From the NCBI GenBank assembly GCA_900315885.1, contig ONAT01000005.1:1068-65067 (forward strand): a stretch of 64,000 nucleotides of DNA, read 5' to 3'. This DNA comes from an uncultured Erysipelotrichaceae bacterium. GTDB taxonomy: Bacteria > Bacillota_I > Bacilli_A > RFN20 > CAG-826. The stretch's first letter is position 1, and each line of letters starts with the position of its first letter. The translations under genes were made by a program, and so were the position numbers. This document shows positions 29,830 through 39,534 of the stretch, piece after piece. The notes below the pieces were generated by a model. It was given only the letters and a program-made list of their open reading frames with translations, was not told where the DNA came from and searched no databases.

Positions 29830-30372
29830 TTATAATTCGACACTATTTTCCTCTTTTTTGAATGGGTTAATTTTATCAATATGGTCGTAATAAAGCACAC
29901 CATTTAAATGGTCAATTTCATGTTGCAAAACGATAGCTTCAAATCCTCGAGCGACAATAGTGACATCTTGCATTTTACTTGCATCAAAAGCCTTAATTGT
30001 GACTTTGTATGGGCGATAGACATATCCTTCATGATCAACATCAACAGATAAACATCCTTCTCCCGAGTGAATGTAACAAGTTTTAATAGAGGATGCGACA
30101 ATTTTAGGGTTTATAAGCATATGAAGAATTTCTTTATTATCTTCATCTTGATAATAGACAACAAGCATTCTTTTATTAACACCAACTTGTGGCGCAGCTA
30201 AACCAACGCCAGCACGCATATTGTGCTTTTTGGCATATTCATCATCTTGACTTTTTTTTAAATAATCAAGCATTTCATTTAATAATTTTAATTCTTTTTC
30301 ACTTGCAGGCATATCCACTGCAATGCTTTTTTCTCTTAATGATTTTACATTATCTTTAACAATCTTTAACAT
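29830..30372 (-). CDS. def: Peptide deformylase
   Basis: GVGLAAPQ, EGCLS, QHEIDHLNG. Confidence 0.97.
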   Translation of the reverse strand: MLKIVKDNVKSLREKSIAVDMPASEKELKLLNEMLDYLKKSQDDEYAKKHNMRAGVGLAAPQVGVNKRMLVVYYQDEDNKEILHMLINPKIVASSIKTCYIHSGEGCLSVDVDHEGYVYRPYKVTIKAFDASKMQDVTIVARGFEAIVLQHEIDHLNGVLYYDHIDKINPFKKEENSVEL

Positions 30373-30428
30373 AGTTAATCACCATGTAAGATTTTAGCAT
30401 ATTTTAAGAGTAAAAAAAAGGAGAGACG

Positions 30429-30608
30429 TTACATCCCTCCGAAGCAACCATTGTTATTAAATCCACCAGTGCTACAACTGATAATAATTAGTAATAAGAA
30501 AATTACTAAGATTACGGCGAACACTCCCGCATAACCATGATTGTTATTTGAAGGATAGGCATATGCATATCCGCCTGGATAGCCATAGTTTGGTCCGTAA
30601 TTATACAT
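30429..30608 (-). CDS. YjcZ/SscA family tiny sporulation membrane protein (59 aa, absent from ORF track)
   Basis: AGGAGG RBS; MYNYGPNYGYPGGYAYAYPSNNNHGYAGVFAVILVIFLLLIIISCSTGGFNNNGCFGGM; sigmaK-like AC-N16-CATATTAT upstream. Confidence 0.8.
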   Translation of the reverse strand: MYNYGPNYGYPGGYAYAYPSNNNHGYAGVFAVILVIFLLLIIISCSTGGFNNNGCFGGM

Positions 30609-30681
30609 ACTAAACCTCCTTACTATTACATAATATGAGAAAACACAAAAAATGTTATTTGTTATTTATTCATGTTAATGA

Positions 30682-30709
30682 ATACTTTTTGTTTTTAATT
30701 GCATATTCT
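30682..30709 (+). promoter_or_regulatory. sigmaE-like promoter of ylbD-ylbE
   Basis: ATA-N17-CATATTCT. Confidence 0.5.
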
Positions 30710-30723
30710 ATAATGGTGATTTT

Positions 30724-31095
30724 ATGAATAAGTTAGAAGAATTTCGAGAATTTGCAAAAACTAAACCTATGTTAAAAGATTTGGTAGAGCAAGGAAAGTA
30801 TACTTGGCAAGATTTATTTGAAAGATACGACATATATGGTCCAGAAGATGAACTTTTTAGTGATAAAAAAGAAGAAATAGAAGAAAGTTCGAAAAGCGAA
30901 AGCGAAGGAGAAAAAAAAGAAGGATTAGGATCAATTCTTAATGCTTTGAATGGGTTTGATCCTGATAAGATTTCGGATGGCTTAAATGGTATGAAAAAGA
31001 TATTAAATATTTTAAGTGAAGTAACAAAACCTGATGAAGCACCGAAACTTTCTAAGCGAAAAGTATCACGACCATATCAAAGGAATGATGACTAA
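30724..31095 (+). CDS. ylbD: YlbD-like spore coat protein
   Basis: KLEEFREFAKTKP...TWQDLFERYDIYGPED; synteny with ylbE, ylbF, ylbH and coaD. Confidence 0.8.
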   Translation: MNKLEEFREFAKTKPMLKDLVEQGKYTWQDLFERYDIYGPEDELFSDKKEEIEESSKSESEGEKKEGLGSILNALNGFDPDKISDGLNGMKKILNILSEVTKPDEAPKLSKRKVSRPYQRNDD

Positions 31096-31096
31096 T

Positions 31097-31306
31097 ATGC
31101 ATAGTTCAGTTATAATAGAACTTAATAAGGATGAAGATTATTATGTCTTTTTAAGAGAAAAACCTTATTGGTATCGTCAATTATCGCGACATCCAGAGAG
31201 AATTGATGAATTTATTTCAGATTATAAAGTGACAAGGAGAAAAAGAGTTATTGATAAAATTGAAGATTTATCAATGATTATGTCTTTAGCAAGGGAGTTA
31301 ATGTAG
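31097..31306 (+). CDS. ylbE: YlbE-like protein
   Basis: FLREKPYWYRQLSRHPE motif. Confidence 0.85.
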   Translation: MHSSVIIELNKDEDYYVFLREKPYWYRQLSRHPERIDEFISDYKVTRRKRVIDKIEDLSMIMSLARELM

Positions 31307-31308
31307 AA

Positions 31309-31671
31309 ATGAACGATGAACTATTAAAAGCAGCATATAAATTTAAAGAAACGATTGAAAATGATGAGCGTGTTACAGCTTTAAAAAAAGCCGAAAAAGA
31401 GATGGAAAACAGTGAAGAAGTTATGCGTCTAGCTTATGCTTTTTCTTGTGCTCAAGATGATTATAATGATACTTTGCGTCATTTCTCTATGGATTCTAAA
31501 GAAGCTCAAGACAAGCAACATAAACTTTATGAAACAAAACTTGCTTTAGACTCACATCCGTTAGTGAAAGAATATAATAAGAAATATAAAAAAGTTCGTT
31601 TGATGTATGAAAAAATCCAAAAGGAAATTTTTACTCCATTTAATTCTCATAATTGTAATGAAAAAAGGTAG
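31309..31671 (+). CDS. ylbF: YlbF/YmcA (Com_YlbF) family regulator
   Basis: Helical protein with 'LDSHPLVKEY'; synteny. Confidence 0.8.
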   Translation: MNDELLKAAYKFKETIENDERVTALKKAEKEMENSEEVMRLAYAFSCAQDDYNDTLRHFSMDSKEAQDKQHKLYETKLALDSHPLVKEYNKKYKKVRLMYEKIQKEIFTPFNSHNCNEKR

Positions 31672-31720
31672 AGATTATCTACCTTTTTTCTTAGGGAGGA
31701 ACAGGGCACGTTAAGTGCAA
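31661..31720 (-). ncRNA. Candidate CsfG-like forespore sRNA
   Basis: Antisense in the ylbF-rsmD gap: hairpin GCAC-ttaac-GTGC, C-rich CCTGTTCCTCCCT, terminator AAAAAAGGTAGA-taatc-TCTACCTTTTTT; upstream GAATA-N17-AAAAATA. Confidence 0.55.
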
Positions 31721-31786
31721 TATTATTTTTAGCAATAATATTTTTTTTATTCGTATTTTTGTGTATAATTTTTAAAGGTGATTAAA

Positions 31787-32332
31787 ATGCGTATTGTTGG
31801 TGGCAAAAACCGTTCACGTGAAATTCTTTACCCACTTAACGAAAAAATAACACGACCTACGAAAGATATGGTACGTCAAGGTATTTTTAATGTTTTGGCG
31901 TTTGATATTCAAGGCACAGTTGTTTTAGATTTATTCGCTGGTTCAGGCTCGATGGGATTTGAAAGCTTATCACGTGGTGCAAGTAAAGCATATTTTGTCG
32001 ATGGAAGTAAGGACGCGATTGAAGTGATAAGAAAAAACATGAATTCTTTGAAAGAAAATGACAATTCTGTGATTATAAATGATGATTATAAAAACGCTTT
32101 AGAGAATTTTAAAAACGAAAAAATCATGTTTGATATTATCTTTTTAGACCCACCATATAAAGTGACCACAATCCCTAATATTGTTTCTTATTGTTTAGAA
32201 AATGACTTATTAACAAAAAATGGTATAATAGTGGTGGAATCTAATCGTTTTATTGATTTAGATGGGAAATTATTTTCAAAAATGAAACAATATAAATATG
32301 GAAAAACACTAGTGACAGTGTGGAGGAAGTAA
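31787..32332 (+). CDS. rsmD: 16S rRNA m2G966 methyltransferase
   Basis: MRIVGG, TRPT, LDLFAGSG, SRGA, FLDPPY. Confidence 0.95.
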   Translation: MRIVGGKNRSREILYPLNEKITRPTKDMVRQGIFNVLAFDIQGTVVLDLFAGSGSMGFESLSRGASKAYFVDGSKDAIEVIRKNMNSLKENDNSVIINDDYKNALENFKNEKIMFDIIFLDPPYKVTTIPNIVSYCLENDLLTKNGIIVVESNRFIDLDGKLFSKMKQYKYGKTLVTVWRK

Positions 32333-32333
32333 A

Positions 32334-32807
32334 ATGAAAATTGCAGTATATCCAGGTAGCTTTGACCCTATAACAAATGGTCATCTAGATATTTTAAAAA
32401 GAGCTTTAAATGTTTTTGATAAAGTAATTGTTTTAGTGGCAAATAATCCTAAAAAACAAACAACGTTTGATGTAAATGAGAGAAGGAACATAATCAAAAA
32501 CGTCACAAAAGATATGAAAAATGTTGAAGTGGATTCGACAGAAGGCTTAGTTGTAGCTTATGCTAAAAAAGTTGGTGCGACAGCGTTAGTTAGAGGCTTA
32601 AGAGCGGTCACAGACTTTGAATACGAACTTCAAATGGCGACCACGAATGAATTCGTGGATTCAAGCATTGATATGGTGTTTTTTATGACTCACTTAGAAA
32701 ACACATTTATTTCTTCTTCATCTGTAAAAGAATTATTCTTCCAAGGCTTAGATATTTCTAAACTTGTGCCTCAAGAAGTTATTCATGCTTTAGAAAGCAA
32801 GAAATAA
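32334..32807 (+). CDS. coaD: Phosphopantetheine adenylyltransferase
   Basis: YPGSFDPITNGH, RGLR...DFEYE, ISSS. Confidence 0.97.
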   Translation: MKIAVYPGSFDPITNGHLDILKRALNVFDKVIVLVANNPKKQTTFDVNERRNIIKNVTKDMKNVEVDSTEGLVVAYAKKVGATALVRGLRAVTDFEYELQMATTNEFVDSSIDMVFFMTHLENTFISSSSVKELFFQGLDISKLVPQEVIHALESKK

Positions 32808-33656
32808 AATAAATAGAATTGATAAGGCGGTTACAATTAACCGCTTTTTTATTACTTCAATGATGCTTATATCTTTATATAATAGTTTTACTTGAATAAT
32901 TAAGGAAAGCGAAGAAAACGCAATTATGAGAACCGCAAAATATAGATTAATTAGTATATTGCTTTTTAATAAGATATTTAACGGATAAGAAAACTCAATT
33001 AGACCATGAAGCAAAAACTTGTAAGGTGAAGGGCATTTATATGATATAAATACGCCTAATAAAGAAAATAGTGCAATAGTGCCTAACATAAGTATTAATG
33101 ATTGAGCGGTGGTTATAATAGCTTTACTCATGATGTTATCAATATTGGTATTTTGTTTTAATACTTCATAATTAAGAAATTCTTTTTTATAAGATAATAA
33201 AAATAAAAAAATGTTGATAATTAAAGGAACAAAAAGCAAGATTTTTTTATTTATTACCCAATCACTATTTATTGCTATAGCTAATAAAAAGGGAAAAGAA
33301 GGCATAACAAAGGAAGACATAATCAAATCATTTTCTTCTTTGCTGAAACTTTTATTTTTTTCTTCTTTTAATATATTGGCGAGTGCAGGAGTGCCACTTA
33401 ATACTCCAATAACAATTATGCCTAAAGTGTTAATTAAATGCTTTGCTTGAGAACTTAATTTATTAGAATTAAATAAAGCAAGAAATCCTCCGCTATAGGT
33501 AAAAATGTTTACAAGAATCATAATAGGGGCTAAAGTAGGAATAATATTAATAATAAAGTTTTGCATTACATTAGTAGTTATCAAGGAAACATTTTTAGAA
33601 AAAATTAGTAATAGACAAATTGTAAACAAAATAATAAGTAATTGTACTTTTTTCAT
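32790..33656 (-). CDS. ylbJ: Sporulation integral membrane protein, YlbJ-like
   Basis: Polytopic; 'IIPTLAP', 'LSGTP', 'GLIEFS'; convergent to coaD as in Bacillus; sigmaE-like CATATT...CATATATT upstream. Confidence 0.7.
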   Translation of the reverse strand: MKKVQLLIILFTICLLLIFSKNVSLITTNVMQNFIINIIPTLAPIMILVNIFTYSGGFLALFNSNKLSSQAKHLINTLGIIVIGVLSGTPALANILKEEKNKSFSKEENDLIMSSFVMPSFPFLLAIAINSDWVINKKILLFVPLIINIFLFLLSYKKEFLNYEVLKQNTNIDNIMSKAIITTAQSLILMLGTIALFSLLGVFISYKCPSPYKFLLHGLIEFSYPLNILLKSNILINLYFAVLIIAFSSLSLIIQVKLLYKDISIIEVIKKRLIVTALSILFILFLAF

Positions 33657-33753
33657 AATACAATATATGTAAACTTTTCATTAATATGGGCAAAAGTTAT
33701 AACAAAGTTTGCACTTAAAGCATAGTCTATAAGGTAAAGTAAGGAGGATTTTT

Positions 33754-34014
33754 ATGAATAATTTCTGCCCAAATCAATGCCCGTGCAAATATGACCCAAT
33801 TGTTATGCCTGTAAAAGAAAGAGTATGCAATCGTTATTATTGTGTAGAACAACCTGTTATTTGCCCTGTAAATACACGTGTTGTAAATCATTATGTACCA
33901 AGACCTGTATATTATCATACATATACACGCACGGAAGAAAATGTTTGTGAAGGAAACACAAATATGAATAATATGCCATACGGACAAAATCCACAAACCT
34001 ATAACAACCAATAA
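33754..34014 (+). CDS. CotD-like Cys/Pro-rich spore coat protein
   Basis: DPIVMPVKERVCNRYYCVEQPVICPVNTRVVNHYV; AGGAGG RBS; sigmaK-like AC-N17-CATAGTCT. Confidence 0.7.
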   Translation: MNNFCPNQCPCKYDPIVMPVKERVCNRYYCVEQPVICPVNTRVVNHYVPRPVYYHTYTRTEENVCEGNTNMNNMPYGQNPQTYNNQ

Positions 34015-34038
34015 AAAAAGCCGCTTAATGCGGCTTTT
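34015..34038. terminator. Bidirectional terminator
   Basis: AAAAAGCCGC-ttaat-GCGGCTTTT. Confidence 0.85.
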
Positions 34039-34055
34039 ACTTTTGCATTTAGAAA

Positions 34056-34820
34056 TTAGTTATCGTATTCTTGGTTCCAAATATGATCGAATGTTTTTGC
34101 GATTTCATATTTGTTGTCAGGAGAACTTTCATCCCAACCTCTAACACCAATCATAGCATCCTTGATACCATAAGTTGAGTTATCTTCATCGTAAGTTTTT
34201 TTATCCATTAAGATAACTAATGGTGTATACAAATCTTTACCTTCTTCGATGTCACTTAATTCTTCTTCATAATTTGAATCGTAGTCGATTCCGATTTCGT
34301 AGTAGTTAGAGTCTTTAGCAACTTTAGCAACTTGTTCACGGAAATCTGCGACTTCCATTTTGTTAGAATAGAATAATTTGTAGAGATAACTATCTTCATC
34401 TGTTTTTGGATCAACTTTTGTTTGTTCATCAACGTAAATCACTTTGAATTTGTAATCACCTGTGAAAGTGCTATCTTCGATTAAAGTCTTAACACCTTGA
34501 TAAGTGTTCTTGCAATGTTCACAATCTTTTGATACGAACATTAAGAAGTACTTGTCATTTTCGCTAAATCTTTCATCAGCGTTGTAAACGTAATTGTAAG
34601 CTTTATCACCATAAACAGAAAGTTTGTTTTGGTTGTAATATCTTTCGTTATTAGTAATTGCATCACCTAAAGCAACAACACCTTCGGAAATTGGTTGAAT
34701 CAATAAAATAACACCAAAGATTAAACTGACTATTAATAATGGTTGAACCCAAGCAGTTTCTTTAATCCAACGCCAAATTCTAGCAAAGAAACCACCGATT
34801 GCTCTAAAAATAACTTTCAT
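34056..34820 (-). CDS. Membrane-anchored thioredoxin-fold protein
   Basis: N-terminal TM; 'FLMFVSKDCEHC' CxxC; 'YTPLVI' cis-Pro motif. Confidence 0.7.
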   Translation of the reverse strand: MKVIFRAIGGFFARIWRWIKETAWVQPLLIVSLIFGVILLIQPISEGVVALGDAITNNERYYNQNKLSVYGDKAYNYVYNADERFSENDKYFLMFVSKDCEHCKNTYQGVKTLIEDSTFTGDYKFKVIYVDEQTKVDPKTDEDSYLYKLFYSNKMEVADFREQVAKVAKDSNYYEIGIDYDSNYEEELSDIEEGKDLYTPLVILMDKKTYDEDNSTYGIKDAMIGVRGWDESSPDNKYEIAKTFDHIWNQEYDN

Positions 34821-35010
34821 ATATAGACCTCCTATACATACGTAAACATATAGCATAACAATAATAACATTAAAGGCTATCAGTTTCAACAATTAATTTT
34901 ATAATTAATTATTGAGAATAGCAAGAATTAAAAAAATAATGTTCTTTTGTATTGTAAATGACATAATTATGGTGTTAACTATAATAGTTAAGACACGAGT
35001 AGGTGGTTAA

Positions 35011-36045
35011 ATGGCAAACAAAAAATGGAAGAAAAAAATTGATGACTTTATGTTTGATCATGAGAATGTTAAAAACGCAGTTGAAATTATCAAATCGATG
35101 TTAGCATGTGTTGTAGCAGCGGCGATTTATGCATTTGGCTATCGTTGCTTTATTTTAAATACAGATCCACATTTAAGATTAGTTTCTGGTGGAATGTCTG
35201 GCTTCTCCCAAACAATTGTTCAATTATTTGAATTGTTTGGTGTCTTAGAACCGGAAAAAATAACGACATGGCAACCGATATTTAACTATTTATTAAATAT
35301 TCCGATGTTTATAATTGGTTGGAAATATATTGGAAAACGATTTTCTATTTTGACCTTGTTTACAGTTTTACTTATTTCATTGTTTACTACTTTTATGCCT
35401 CAATCAATATTGGATTTATTTAAATCCATTCAAAACGATTTATTGCCTCGAGCTTTATTTGCTGGAATATGTACGGGGATAGCGACAGTTATTGCTTTTA
35501 AAAACTGCAGCTCGACTGGTGGTTTAGATGTTGTGTCTTTAGCAGTGGCAAACAAAAAATCAACATCGATAGGAAAATATCTTGTTATATTTAACGGAAT
35601 AGTTTTGATTGGCTATACTTTGACATCGTATTTGTATTTTATGAAGAATCCTCTTCCTAATCCTCTTCCTAATGGAGCAGAAAACCCGGATGGAGCAGAA
35701 AACCCTGCATTAGTGTTGTTCTTATTCTCGGCAATATACTTGTTCACAAATGCATTGGTTAACGATTTCTTGAATTCGCGATACCGCAAAGCTCAAATTC
35801 AAATTATTACCACAAATGAGAATATTTCAAATATATTAATTGCTAACTTCCCACATGGATGTACCATTATGAATGGTAAAGGCGCATTTTCAAAAGAAAA
35901 TCGTTTCATTATCTATATGGTTGTTTCATCTTCCGAAGTTCAAAAAGTTGTTCAACTTGTACAAGTCGTGGATCCACATGCTTTCGTAAATGTCACGACA
36001 TTAAATCAAGTTTATGGAAGATTCTATATTGAACCGTTTAAATAA
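35011..36045 (+). CDS. YitT/UPF0750 family membrane protein
   Basis: SGGMSG, LNIPMFIIG, SSTGGLD, C-terminal DUF2179 'VDPHAFV'. Confidence 0.9.
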   Translation: MANKKWKKKIDDFMFDHENVKNAVEIIKSMLACVVAAAIYAFGYRCFILNTDPHLRLVSGGMSGFSQTIVQLFELFGVLEPEKITTWQPIFNYLLNIPMFIIGWKYIGKRFSILTLFTVLLISLFTTFMPQSILDLFKSIQNDLLPRALFAGICTGIATVIAFKNCSSTGGLDVVSLAVANKKSTSIGKYLVIFNGIVLIGYTLTSYLYFMKNPLPNPLPNGAENPDGAENPALVLFLFSAIYLFTNALVNDFLNSRYRKAQIQIITTNENISNILIANFPHGCTIMNGKGAFSKENRFIIYMVVSSSEVQKVVQLVQVVDPHAFVNVTTLNQVYGRFYIEPFK

Positions 36046-36072
36046 AAAACATGGCATATATGTCATGTTTTT
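36045..36072. terminator. Bidirectional terminator
   Basis: AAAAACATGGCA-tata-TGTCATGTTTTT. Confidence 0.8.
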
Positions 36073-36778
36073 ATTTTTGTCGCATTGTTTTTAAAAGTGC
36101 TTTGTCTTCAAAAGAAACTCTATAGCTATCGACACATTTTGAAATAGCTTTATTAATTATAAAATTATTTGTTTTATTACTTTTAAAATATGCTAATGTT
36201 TCATTACGATATTTAGCAAAACATTCACATAATAGCCATGCGGCACACATATTGACATAGTACTCTTTTTCTTCGCTCATAGTATCTAATAATTTAAAGG
36301 TATTATCCAAATATTTTGCATCCTTTATCAGCTCAAAATGTATTAAAACACCCACTCTTCGCACAAATGTTTTCTTACTTTTTATTAATGCGTTTGATAA
36401 TGTTAGTAATTTGTTATATGGCCTTTTTTTGAACGATAAAGCATCGCAACTTGCCCAGTTATCATATTGTTTGATTAATCTAAGAAGTTGCTTTTTGAAT
36501 TCGTTAAAATCTTTAATATTTGTTATAAACAAATCTAACAAAATAGTGTCAAAATGTGATGTAATTTCCATATTTTGGATAAATTCTAAATAGTTTCCTT
36601 TTTTGATTTGTTTATATATTTCTCTTGCTTTTGATGATGTTTTTCCATAGCAAGGTAGTTTTGTTAAGACGATTTTTTGTTCAAAGTCAATTTCTTTTTG
36701 ATTGCCTTTAAGTGTTTTCTCAAAATCTATAAATTCTTTGATATCATCTTTTGTCCAATGTTCTTTGATCAATTGCAT
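36071..36778 (-). CDS. DNA alkylation repair protein (AlkD-like)
   Basis: DNWASCD, FVRRVG, EYYVNMCAAWLL, NKAISKCVDSYR. Confidence 0.88.
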   Translation of the reverse strand: MQLIKEHWTKDDIKEFIDFEKTLKGNQKEIDFEQKIVLTKLPCYGKTSSKAREIYKQIKKGNYLEFIQNMEITSHFDTILLDLFITNIKDFNEFKKQLLRLIKQYDNWASCDALSFKKRPYNKLLTLSNALIKSKKTFVRRVGVLIHFELIKDAKYLDNTFKLLDTMSEEKEYYVNMCAAWLLCECFAKYRNETLAYFKSNKTNNFIINKAISKCVDSYRVSFEDKALLKTMRQK

Positions 36779-36876
36779 GTTTATCACCTTATATATTCTA
36801 TTTTAATTAATAGTTAATTACAATGTTTTTACTTATGTATTTATGATATATTATTTAGTGATAAAGGAGATTCCTT

Positions 36877-37566
36877 ATGCTAAAAATTCTTATTGTTGAT
36901 GATGAAATTAACATTCGTAATCTATTTAAAATTAGATTTGAAAATGAAGGCTATGAAGTATACACCGCAAAAGACGGATTAGAAGCTTTAGATGTTGTTT
37001 ATGATAACATCATTGATATGTGTATTGTTGATGTTATGATGCCTAATTTAGATGGCAATTCCTTTGTAAAAAAAATTAGAAGTGAAAACTTTAATATGCC
37101 AATCATTATGGTAACCGCTAAAGGAGAATTAGATGACAAAATAGAAGCGTTTGATTCTGGTATCGATGATTATATGACAAAACCGATTGAATTTGATGAG
37201 TTGTTATTGAGAATGAAAGCATTGTTTCGCCGTGCCAAAATTGTAACAGATAAAAAAATAGTTATAGGTGATACGATTTTAGAATATGATACCTTAACTA
37301 TTACCAACAACAAATTAAATCTAAATGTTACTTTAACTAAAAAAGAGTTTTCAATTCTTTATAAGTTGTTATCATATCCTGAAAGGACTTTTACTAAAGG
37401 ACAACTTTTTGATGAATTTTGGGGATTAGATAATTATGGAGATGTAGATGCGGTTAAAGTTTATATAAGTAAAATTCGTTCAATTATTGAGCCATTCCCA
37501 GAAATTGATATTGCCACAATTAGAGGAATAGGATATCGAGGTATTAAAAAAGATGAAAAAAACTAA
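36877..37566 (+). CDS. OmpR-family response regulator
   Basis: IVDDE, DVMMPNLDG, DDYMTKP, wHTH ...TIRGIGY. Confidence 0.95.
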   Translation: MLKILIVDDEINIRNLFKIRFENEGYEVYTAKDGLEALDVVYDNIIDMCIVDVMMPNLDGNSFVKKIRSENFNMPIIMVTAKGELDDKIEAFDSGIDDYMTKPIEFDELLLRMKALFRRAKIVTDKKIVIGDTILEYDTLTITNNKLNLNVTLTKKEFSILYKLLSYPERTFTKGQLFDEFWGLDNYGDVDAVKVYISKIRSIIEPFPEIDIATIRGIGYRGIKKDEKN

Positions 37567-38605
37567 AAATAATAACTCTACAATAAAAGTTTCGATTAAA
37601 TATGGCCTTGTACTTATCATATGTTTTCTTGTCGCGGCCTCAATTGTCATAAGCATTGTAGCAATATTTAATTTTTTAGGACAAGATTATGTAAAAGATA
37701 ATTATTTTATTTTCTTAATCATTTGTATTGTCGCAGCGATAATTGTGGGATGGGGACTATCCATTATAGTCTCAAAATATTTTATGCGCACAGAGATTTA
37801 TTTGAGTAAAATTTTAAATCAAATTGCAAAAGGCGATTACACCACAAAAATACCAGAAGAATATAGTGATAAGTATTTCAAAAAAGTTATTCAAGACTTC
37901 AATAAAATGGTGGATACCTTGAATTCAACAGCGTTATTACAAAGTGATTTTGCCAACAATTTCTCACATGAATTTAAAACTCCAATTGCATCTATTAAAG
38001 GCTACGCTGAGTTGTTACGCGATAATTATAATCTCTCAGAGTCTGATAAAAGACGATACTTGAATATTATTATTGCTGAAAGTGAACGATTAACAAATTT
38101 AGCTTCATCGACGATGTTAATAAGTCGTCTTGATACATTAAAAGAATTTGATAATATTGTTCCGGTTAAAATTAATCAACAAATTGAAGAATGTGTTATT
38201 TTGCTAGACAAAATGTTTGAAAGCAAAAATATCAATGTTGATGTAGATGTTAAACCTTTTACAATTAACACAAATGCAGACATGCTAAAAGAAGTATGGA
38301 TTAATTTAATTACTAATGCCATTAAATATAATAAAAACAATGGTGATATCATCATTAAATCACATGAAGAAGATAATAATTATATTGTCGAATTTATTGA
38401 TAATGGTATAGGAATGAAAGAAGAAACTTTAGCACATATCTTTGATAAATATTATCAAGGCGATACATCACATTATAAAAAAGGTTCGGGGCTAGGTTTA
38501 CCTATTGCAAAAAAAATTATTGAACTTTCCGGTGGTACAATTACTGTAACAAGTAAAGAAAATGAAGGTTCTATATTTAAAATATCATTTCCAAAGAAAA
38601 AATAA
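37553..38605 (+). CDS. HAMP sensor histidine kinase
   Basis: 2 TM, HAMP, SHEFKTP, NAIKY, DNGIG, GSGLGL. Confidence 0.95.
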   Translation: MKKTKNNNSTIKVSIKYGLVLIICFLVAASIVISIVAIFNFLGQDYVKDNYFIFLIICIVAAIIVGWGLSIIVSKYFMRTEIYLSKILNQIAKGDYTTKIPEEYSDKYFKKVIQDFNKMVDTLNSTALLQSDFANNFSHEFKTPIASIKGYAELLRDNYNLSESDKRRYLNIIIAESERLTNLASSTMLISRLDTLKEFDNIVPVKINQQIEECVILLDKMFESKNINVDVDVKPFTINTNADMLKEVWINLITNAIKYNKNNGDIIIKSHEEDNNYIVEFIDNGIGMKEETLAHIFDKYYQGDTSHYKKGSGLGLPIAKKIIELSGGTITVTSKENEGSIFKISFPKKK

Positions 38606-38618
38606 GCACCAATTGTGC

Positions 38619-39518
38619 TTATTTTTTATTGCTATCGAATGTTTCAGGTTTACCGAAGAAGAATACACCCACTGTTCCTGGACCAGTTGAAGCTCCGACG
38701 ATAGGTCCGATTTTTTCAATTGTGATTTCAAGATTTTTATCTTTGTTAGCTTCAAGAATCATATCACGTAATGTTTTAGCGTCTTCTTCACAATCAGAAT
38801 TGACAACACAAATCATTTGATTTTCATTTTCTTGATAACGTTCATTGAACATCTGGACTATACGAGTGAAAGAATTTTTACGTCCTTTAATTTTTTCAAC
38901 TGCGGTGTTTTGTCCGTTAATATCGGAAATAATAATTGGCTTAACTTGTAACATACCACCAAATACTGCACTCATTGTGCTAACACGACCTGCTCTTTTT
39001 AAATATGATAAACTTTCAACTGTTACGAGTTGGTTCACTTCTTGTTTGTGATTTTCAATGTAATTATATGTATCTTCAATATCTACACCATTTGCGCGTA
39101 ATTTTGAAGCAGTCATACAAATAATGCCAAGGCCTAAGCTTGAGTTTCTGCTATCAACACAATAGATTTTTGCTTCAGGATATTTTGCTTTTAATTCATC
39201 ACGAACGACTTCGCTAGCGTGGAATGAACTAGAAAGAGCTGAAGAACAAGAAATTGATAAAATGTCATAGCCTTCTTTAATGTATTTTTCAAATGTTTCT
39301 TTATATTCGGATGCGTTTACTTGAGCAGTTTTAAATCTTTTACCATTACGCATTAATTCATAGAATGCTTTATATGAGATGTATTTCCAGTCTAAACTTG
39401 CTGGAATATCATGATCATCATATAACACACGCATTGGCAAATATTCGATGTCATATCTTTCTCTTTTTTCTTTATCTAAATCGGCGCAAGAATCAGTAAT
39501 AATAATAAATTTTTTCAT
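38619..39518 (-). CDS. DegV family fatty-acid-binding protein (FakB)
   Basis: ITDSCAD, KTAQ, SSALSSS, VDS, YLKRAGRV, GPGTVG. Confidence 0.93.
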   Translation of the reverse strand: MKKFIIITDSCADLDKEKRERYDIEYLPMRVLYDDHDIPASLDWKYISYKAFYELMRNGKRFKTAQVNASEYKETFEKYIKEGYDILSISCSSALSSSFHASEVVRDELKAKYPEAKIYCVDSRNSSLGLGIICMTASKLRANGVDIEDTYNYIENHKQEVNQLVTVESLSYLKRAGRVSTMSAVFGGMLQVKPIIISDINGQNTAVEKIKGRKNSFTRIVQMFNERYQENENQMICVVNSDCEEDAKTLRDMILEANKDKNLEITIEKIGPIVGASTGPGTVGVFFFGKPETFDSNKK

Positions 39519-39534
39519 TTTTTGTACCTCCTAT

